Assembly (NCBI GenBank): GCA_020719775.1
Contig: DYPS01000002.1
Coordinates: forward strand, 7,837 to 71,836
Origin: Desulfosporosinus sp.
GTDB lineage: Bacteria > Campylobacterota > Campylobacteria > Campylobacterales > Arcobacteraceae
DNA: 64,000 bases
Direction: 5' to 3'
The position numbers were made by a program, and so were the translations under genes. The first letter of the stretch is position 1, and each line of letters begins with the position of its first letter. This document shows, in pieces, positions 58,877 through 64,000 of this stretch. The notes under the pieces were generated by a model that saw only the letters and a list, made by a program, of their open reading frames with translations, was not told where the DNA came from and ran no database searches.

Positions 58877-59452
58877 TTAAATATCCACACTACATTTAAT
58901 CGCTTTTGAAAGAGATAAAATATCAACATTTTCCAAGCTAACGCCAGTTGGAACACCTTGCGCAATTTTTGTAAATCTAATATTTAATTCTTTTAATCTC
59001 TCTTCTATATATAAAATAAAAGCATCATTTGCGATACTTGGGGTTATGGCAAACAAAATATTTTCTACACTATTTTTATTTATTATTTTTTTTAGCTTAT
59101 CAAGATTCTCTTCATCAAGATGTTCCAAAACAAAATATCTTCCATCATACTGCTTTGAATCTTCAATATTAAAAATATCCTTTGCCGATTGAACAATACA
59201 AAGTTTCCCTTCTACCCTATCATCATCAAGACAAATATCGCAAATCTCATGTTCACTCATTGCATTACATATCGAACATTTAGTTATTGTACTAATCGCA
59301 TCCTCAATACTATGAGCTAATTTTAATCCACTATATGAATTCTCGTAAACAATATGATATGCAAGCCTTAGTGCTGATTTTTTTCCAATTGATGGTAAAT
59401 TCTCAAAACTTTCCACAAGGTTATAGAATTTATTAAGGCCTTTTTTTGACAC
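58877..59452 (-). CDS. recR: recombination protein RecR
   Basis: LPSIGKKSALRLA (HhH), a C4 zinc finger CSICNAMSEHEICDIC and a Toprim region; 191 aa. Confidence 0.93.
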   Translation of the reverse strand: MSKKGLNKFYNLVESFENLPSIGKKSALRLAYHIVYENSYSGLKLAHSIEDAISTITKCSICNAMSEHEICDICLDDDRVEGKLCIVQSAKDIFNIEDSKQYDGRYFVLEHLDEENLDKLKKIINKNSVENILFAITPSIANDAFILYIEERLKELNIRFTKIAQGVPTGVSLENVDILSLSKAIKCSVDI

Positions 59453-59558
59453 TCTAGTCCTTTGATTGCTAATTTTTAAGATTTATTATAACAAAAAGAA
59501 GATAAAATCGCGACTTATTAAAATTTATACAATATATACCGTTATCAAGGAGATTACT

Positions 59559-60680
59559 ATGGAAAATATGTGTTACTACGAAATATTAAAGATTTCAAGA
59601 GATGCAGATAAAAGTAGCATTAAAAAAGCATATAGACAGATGGCTATGAAGTATCATCCAGACAAAAATCAAGGGGATAAAGAAGCTGAAGAAAATTTCA
59701 AACATGTAAACGAAGCATATCAGGTTTTAAGTGATGATGAAAAAAAAGCACTTTACGATAGATACGGAAAAGCTGGGCTTGAAGGTCATGGTGGAGGAAG
59801 AGGTTCTGGCTTTAGTGGCGGATTTGAAGATTTGAGTTCTATTTTTGAGGATATGTTTGGATTTAGTGGAGCTAGCCAAGGAAGAAAGGCTCAAAAACGA
59901 TATAAATATGCCATAGATAGTGAAACAACTATCACACTTGACTTTAATGAAGCAATATTTGGAACAAAGAAAAACATACAACACAAATATAAAAAAGGAT
60001 GTGATAGCTGTAAGGGAACAGGAGCTAAAGATGGTAAACTAGCAACTTGTAAAGCTTGTAACGGTCAGGGCCAAGTTCATATGAGACAAGGTTTTATGAC
60101 ATTTGCACAAACTTGTCCAACTTGTCATGGAAGTGGAGAATCGGCTAGTCAAAAATGTCAAAAATGTAATAGCAAAGGATACGAAGAGGTAGATGAAACT
60201 TTCGAAGTAAATATCCCAGAAGGTATTAATAATGATAATAGAATTAGAATTAGTGGGAAAGGAAATATCTATCCTGATGGTTCAAGAGGTGATTTGTATC
60301 TAAATATTCAAGTAAAAGATGATTCAAACTTTATTCGACATGATGATGATATTTATATAGAAATGCCTATTTTCTTTACACAAATTGCATTAGGAACAAC
60401 ACTAAAAATTCCTGGTATTAGAGGTGAATTGGAACTTATCATACCAAAAGGGACAAAAGATAAAGAACAAATAAAATTTAGAGGCAAAGGTGTTAAAAAT
60501 GTTAATGGCAGAGGTTATGGTGATTTTATAGTTCAAATAAAAATCCAATATCCATCAGAACTTAACAGTGAACAAACTGAGCTTCTCAATAAATTACAAA
60601 ATAGTTTTGGACTTGAAAGTCAACCTCATGAAGATATTTTTTGCACGATGTTTAGCAAAGTCAAAAAGTGGTTTGATTAA
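59559..60680 (+). CDS. dnaJ: molecular chaperone DnaJ
   Basis: J domain (YYEILKISRDADKSSIKKAYRQMAMKYHPDKN), a G/F region and four CxxCxGxG-type repeats. The start is moved to ATG 59559, preceded by AAGGAG; the ORF-track start at 59466 is an AT-rich upstream extension. Confidence 0.95.
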   Translation: MENMCYYEILKISRDADKSSIKKAYRQMAMKYHPDKNQGDKEAEENFKHVNEAYQVLSDDEKKALYDRYGKAGLEGHGGGRGSGFSGGFEDLSSIFEDMFGFSGASQGRKAQKRYKYAIDSETTITLDFNEAIFGTKKNIQHKYKKGCDSCKGTGAKDGKLATCKACNGQGQVHMRQGFMTFAQTCPTCHGSGESASQKCQKCNSKGYEEVDETFEVNIPEGINNDNRIRISGKGNIYPDGSRGDLYLNIQVKDDSNFIRHDDDIYIEMPIFFTQIALGTTLKIPGIRGELELIIPKGTKDKEQIKFRGKGVKNVNGRGYGDFIVQIKIQYPSELNSEQTELLNKLQNSFGLESQPHEDIFCTMFSKVKKWFD

Positions 60681-61273
60681 TGAAAATTATTGCAAAACCT
60701 ATGGGAGACTATGGAACAAATTGTTACATTGTAAGTATTAATGAAAAACAATTAATTATCGATCCAGGTATTGGTGCATTTTCTTGGATCAAAGAAAATG
60801 CTAAAAATCCAATAGCAATTCTTAACACACACGGTCACTTTGACCATGTGTGGAGCAATCAAGAGGTCTCAAAATATTTTAACATCCCCATCTATTGCCC
60901 AAATGGTGATCTATTTATGCTTTCCAATGATCCATTTTCTCAAGGAACACCAAAAAGTAAAGCAAATTTTGAAGTTCAACCAAATGAAACGATAGAGTTA
61001 TTAAACGAAAAAATTACTTTCTTTCATTTTCCAGGACACACTCCTGGATGTAGTGCTATTGCAATAAAAGACAATCTTTTTAGTGGTGATTTTATTTTTA
61101 AAGGTTCGATAGGAAGAGTTGATTTCCCATTTTCAAATAAAGAAGATATGAAAAAAAGTCTTCATAAGATTCTTAAATTTGAAAAAGATTATATTATTTA
61201 CCCAGGGCATGGAGAAAAAACTACATTAACACAGGAAAAAAACTCATTAAAATCTTGGCTTAACTACCTCTAG
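60680..61273 (+). CDS. MBL-fold metallo-hydrolase (glyoxalase II-like)
   Basis: NTHGHFDH zinc motif, HFPGHTPG and a conserved downstream Asp; 197 aa. Confidence 0.85.
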   Translation: MKIIAKPMGDYGTNCYIVSINEKQLIIDPGIGAFSWIKENAKNPIAILNTHGHFDHVWSNQEVSKYFNIPIYCPNGDLFMLSNDPFSQGTPKSKANFEVQPNETIELLNEKITFFHFPGHTPGCSAIAIKDNLFSGDFIFKGSIGRVDFPFSNKEDMKKSLHKILKFEKDYIIYPGHGEKTTLTQEKNSLKSWLNYL

Positions 61274-61281
61274 GTTTTGAT

Positions 61282-61947
61282 CTAAAAAAGAATTTTCTTA
61301 AGTTCTTTTTCTATTTTTGTTTTTGTAATATCTTGAAGACTCATCTCCATTAAAAGTTGCTTTGTTATTCCATCTGGAATAAATTGATATTTTGCAATCA
61401 TCCGAATAGCTCTTAAAAATCTCACATTATCATCTTTAAAATTTTCAATACTAACAACTCTTAAAATCTTATTTTGGATATCACTTACACCATTATGATA
61501 ATCATAAAGTTTTTCTTCGTAAAGATGATACATCAAAGCATTACAACTAAAATCTCTGCGTAAAATTGCTAATTTTGGATTGTTTTCTAACTCCATTTTA
61601 AATCCATAATAACCTTCACCTGTTTTTATCTCTCTCCTTGGCAAAGAGATATCAATCCCGTCAAAGTTATAGACAAAAAATTCTTTAGATAAAGGTTTAG
61701 CACCAATCTCTTCCATCAATTTACCAAATAACTCTTCACTTAAATCATAAATTTCAATATCAATATCATCACTTTCAATCCCTAGCATTTGATCTCTCAA
61801 AAAACCTCCAACAATAAAAATTTTATTTGTAAATGGTAAAAATAATGATTTGATAGAGTTTATTTTATTTTTTTGTATAGCTGTTAACTTGATAGAAAAA
61901 TCAATTATTTCACACATGTTATATTTTTGTTTATTAGTTGATCTCAT
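61282..61947 (-). CDS. class II nucleotidyltransferase (CCA-adding enzyme / poly(A) polymerase family), head domain only
   Basis: IVGGFLRDQMLG...SDDIDIEIY (GG-x-RD and DxD), LRRDFSCNAL (RRD) and DDNVRFLRAIRMIAKYQF. The start is set at MRSTNKQ (ATG 61947), which has an AGGA RBS 5 nt upstream. The protein is 221 aa and ends 8 nt from the convergent MBL gene. Confidence 0.7.
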   Translation of the reverse strand: MRSTNKQKYNMCEIIDFSIKLTAIQKNKINSIKSLFLPFTNKIFIVGGFLRDQMLGIESDDIDIEIYDLSEELFGKLMEEIGAKPLSKEFFVYNFDGIDISLPRREIKTGEGYYGFKMELENNPKLAILRRDFSCNALMYHLYEEKLYDYHNGVSDIQNKILRVVSIENFKDDNVRFLRAIRMIAKYQFIPDGITKQLLMEMSLQDITKTKIEKELKKILF

Positions 61948-62069
61948 TACAATCCTAGAAATATTTATATGAAATTGTATTAGATTAATTATATTTATAA
62001 GATAAAAAATATCAATGAGTTTATCTAAAGAAAGAAGTGCAAACTTCATTCTTTTTAGATTGATATTGA

Positions 62070-63131
62070 TTAGATATTTAAAGCGATTATATCGCCCATT
62101 TTAGAAGTATTTACAACTTCAATAGCACCAAATGCTGCTAAATCTTTTGTTCTAAATCCATCTTTCATTGCTTTTTTGATTGCATTATCAATTGCATCTG
62201 CAGCTTTTTCTTCCCCAAAAGAATATCTAAGCATCATACTTGCACTTGAAATTGTTGCAATTGGATTTGCAATCCCCATACCAGCAATATCAGGAGCTGA
62301 TCCATGAATAGGCTCATAAACAGCTGTTTTTAGTCCAGTTGAAGCTGATGGTAAAAGACCAATACTACCACTAAGCATTGATGCTTCATCGCTTAAAATA
62401 TCTCCGAAAATATTTCCAGTTAACATAACATCAAATTGTCTAGGATTTGCAATTAATTGCATCGCTGCATTATCAACATACATATGAGTCAATTCTACAT
62501 CAGGATATTGAGCCCCTATTCTAATTACAGTATCTCTCCAAAGTTGGCTAACATCAAGAACATTTGCTTTATCAATACTACAAACTTTTTTTCCTCTTTT
62601 TAATGCCAATTTAAAAGCAATATGAGCAATTCTTTCAATTTCAGGAACGGTATAAACCATAGTATTCCATCCTTTAAACTCATCTTTACCTTTAGGTTCA
62701 CCGAAATAAATACCACCAATTAACTCTCTAACAACCATAATATCAACACCTTGAATAACAGATGGTTTTAAACTACTTGCATCCACAAGTTCGTCATAAA
62801 CCATAGCTGGTCTTAAGTTTGCAAATACTCCCATCTCTTTTCTAAATCTTAAAAGTCCAGATTCAGGTCTAAGTTCTCGTGGAAGATTGTCCCATTTTTG
62901 CCCGCCAATCGCACCAAAAAGACATGCATCAGAAGCTAATACTCCATCGACAGTTTCTTGCGGAAGTGGATTTCCAGTTGCATCAATTGCACAACCACCC
63001 ATTAAATATTCTGTATATGAGAAATTTATATCAAATTTTTTTCCAACGACATTTAGAACTTTTATAGCTTCATCAACTATTTCAGGACCTATTCCGTCAC
63101 CTTTAATGATTGAGATATTATAATTTGCCAT
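62070..63131 (-). CDS. leuB: 3-isopropylmalate dehydrogenase
   Basis: IKGDGIGPEI, LFGAIGG, NLRP and NIFGDILSDEASML motifs. The start is taken at MANYNISI (63131). Confidence 0.95.
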   Translation of the reverse strand: MANYNISIIKGDGIGPEIVDEAIKVLNVVGKKFDINFSYTEYLMGGCAIDATGNPLPQETVDGVLASDACLFGAIGGQKWDNLPRELRPESGLLRFRKEMGVFANLRPAMVYDELVDASSLKPSVIQGVDIMVVRELIGGIYFGEPKGKDEFKGWNTMVYTVPEIERIAHIAFKLALKRGKKVCSIDKANVLDVSQLWRDTVIRIGAQYPDVELTHMYVDNAAMQLIANPRQFDVMLTGNIFGDILSDEASMLSGSIGLLPSASTGLKTAVYEPIHGSAPDIAGMGIANPIATISSASMMLRYSFGEEKAADAIDNAIKKAMKDGFRTKDLAAFGAIEVVNTSKMGDIIALNI

Positions 63132-63618
63132 GTGCTTCCTTTTTCGCATAATTCATAAGTCCACCATCTGCTAATAACTCTTGCATAAATGGGGGAATTG
63201 AAGTAAATTCGTAACTCTTTTGAGTATCAATATTTTCAATTGTACCCTTATCTAAATCAATAGAAATTAGCTCACCTTCCTTGATCTCTAAGGCACTTGG
63301 AAGTTCAAATATAGGAAGACCCATATTAAAAGCATTTCTATAAAAAATTCTAGCAAATGATGGAGCAATAACAGCTGCAATACCAGCTGCTTTCAGTGCT
63401 ATTGGAGCGTGTTCTCTTGATGAACCACATCCAAAATTTTCTCCAGCAACGATAATATCTCCTGGTTGTACTTTTTTAGCAAAATCTGGATCAGCATCTT
63501 CCATAACAAACTTTGCCAAATGATGTGGGTCGCTACTATTAAGATATCTTGCTGCTATTATTAAGTCTGTATCGATATTACTACCAAAGTTCCAAACTTT
63601 TCCTGTAATTTTATTCAT
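63118..63618 (-). CDS. leuD: 3-isopropylmalate dehydratase small subunit (type 2)
   Basis: [13 protein letters not shown] and [13 protein letters not shown] motifs. The start is taken at MNKITGKVW (63618). No leuC is adjacent. Confidence 0.93.
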   Translation of the reverse strand: MNKITGKVWNFGSNIDTDLIIAARYLNSSDPHHLAKFVMEDADPDFAKKVQPGDIIVAGENFGCGSSREHAPIALKAAGIAAVIAPSFARIFYRNAFNMGLPIFELPSALEIKEGELISIDLDKGTIENIDTQKSYEFTSIPPFMQELLADGGLMNYAKKEAHGKL

Positions 63619-63752
63619 ATTATCAAATCCCTTGTATTCTAAAATTTCGCGGATTATAGCCAAAACTTCATAAAAAAATAATATCAAATTAAACTATAAG
63701 AAATTTTCGGTATAATCCACAACTTATTAGAAAAGCAAAAAGGTTAAATTAT

Positions 63753-64000
63753 ATGGCAGTAAAAGATATTAACAAATCCATTGAAAAAATTTTCAAAGAA
63801 AACAAAGACAATATTTTAACCTACGAAAGTTTAATCAAAATATTTCCAAAGACACCAACGGCATTGATAGTAAAAAAAATCTTAGCTCAAGCGCAATTAT
63901 TTAATACAACGCTTATTAGCTCGAAAGAATTAGCAAAAAGACTCAATAAAGCAGAAACTAAAAGAAAAAGTGATGCCAAAGAAAAACTAAAAAATACAGC
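63753..64000 (+). CDS. partial CDS (5' end only), possibly RNA polymerase sigma factor RpoD region 1.1
   Basis: The frame is open from ATG 63753 to the window edge and is not in the ORF track. An AGG lies 9 nt upstream. MAVKDINKSIEKIFKENKDNILTYESLIKIFPKTPTALIVKKIL resembles the N-terminus of epsilonproteobacterial RpoD from memory only. Confidence 0.35.
   Translation, partial: MAVKDINKSIEKIFKENKDNILTYESLIKIFPKTPTALIVKKILAQAQLFNTTLISSKELAKRLNKAETKRKSDAKEKLKNT

Noticed and set aside
63118-63618. leuD-leuB without an adjacent leuC, considered as a possible operon rearrangement.
   Set aside because: Scattered leu genes are common and leuC is probably elsewhere. Nothing in the sequence suggests decay of either gene.
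1-64000. Search for CRISPR arrays, IS elements or transposases, integrases next to the three tRNA genes, prophage genes, toxin-antitoxin pairs and known defence-system hallmarks.
   Set aside because: I found no direct-repeat/spacer periodicity, no transposase- or integrase-like ORFs, no duplicated tRNA 3' halves (att sites) and no compositional island. The tRNA flanks contain only short intergenic DNA.

Overview
This is a strongly AT-rich, densely packed chromosomal segment. Gene content and order (ppiD-ftsA-ftsZ-murJ, long-form dapD, CCG-domain sdhABE, dimeric dUTPase, modA-mop-modB-modC) look like Campylobacterota, most likely an Arcobacter-like organism; the taxon is inferred, not searched. 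I support about 70 protein-coding genes, almost all housekeeping: cell division, amino-acid, nucleotide and folate biosynthesis, tRNA/rRNA modification, molybdate uptake and respiration. There are also 3 tRNA genes (Cys-GCA, Arg-TCG, Leu-CAA), a few intrinsic terminators and a few promoter-like elements. I found no rRNA, CRISPR array, transposase, integrase, prophage, recognisable defence island or large repeat. I cannot point to a convincing new multi-gene system in this window. The observations most worth a second look are: (1) a C8 homopolymer made of rare proline codons inside ftsZ, just before its FtsA-binding tail; (2) a tatD gene whose catalytic N-terminus is only encoded if translation starts at an ATT/ATA codon; (3) a 221-aa head-domain-only CCA/poly(A)-type nucleotidyltransferase; (4) a Cache-TM-HAMP sensor with no output domain; (5) two orphan retropepsin-like PF05618 paralogs, one with a signal peptide; (6) an orphan Wzi-family outer-membrane protein; (7) an rrf2-DHH-tatD operon; (8) SD-less genes with a -10 box directly abutting the start codon. 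All family assignments come from motif recognition by eye. No database search was run.
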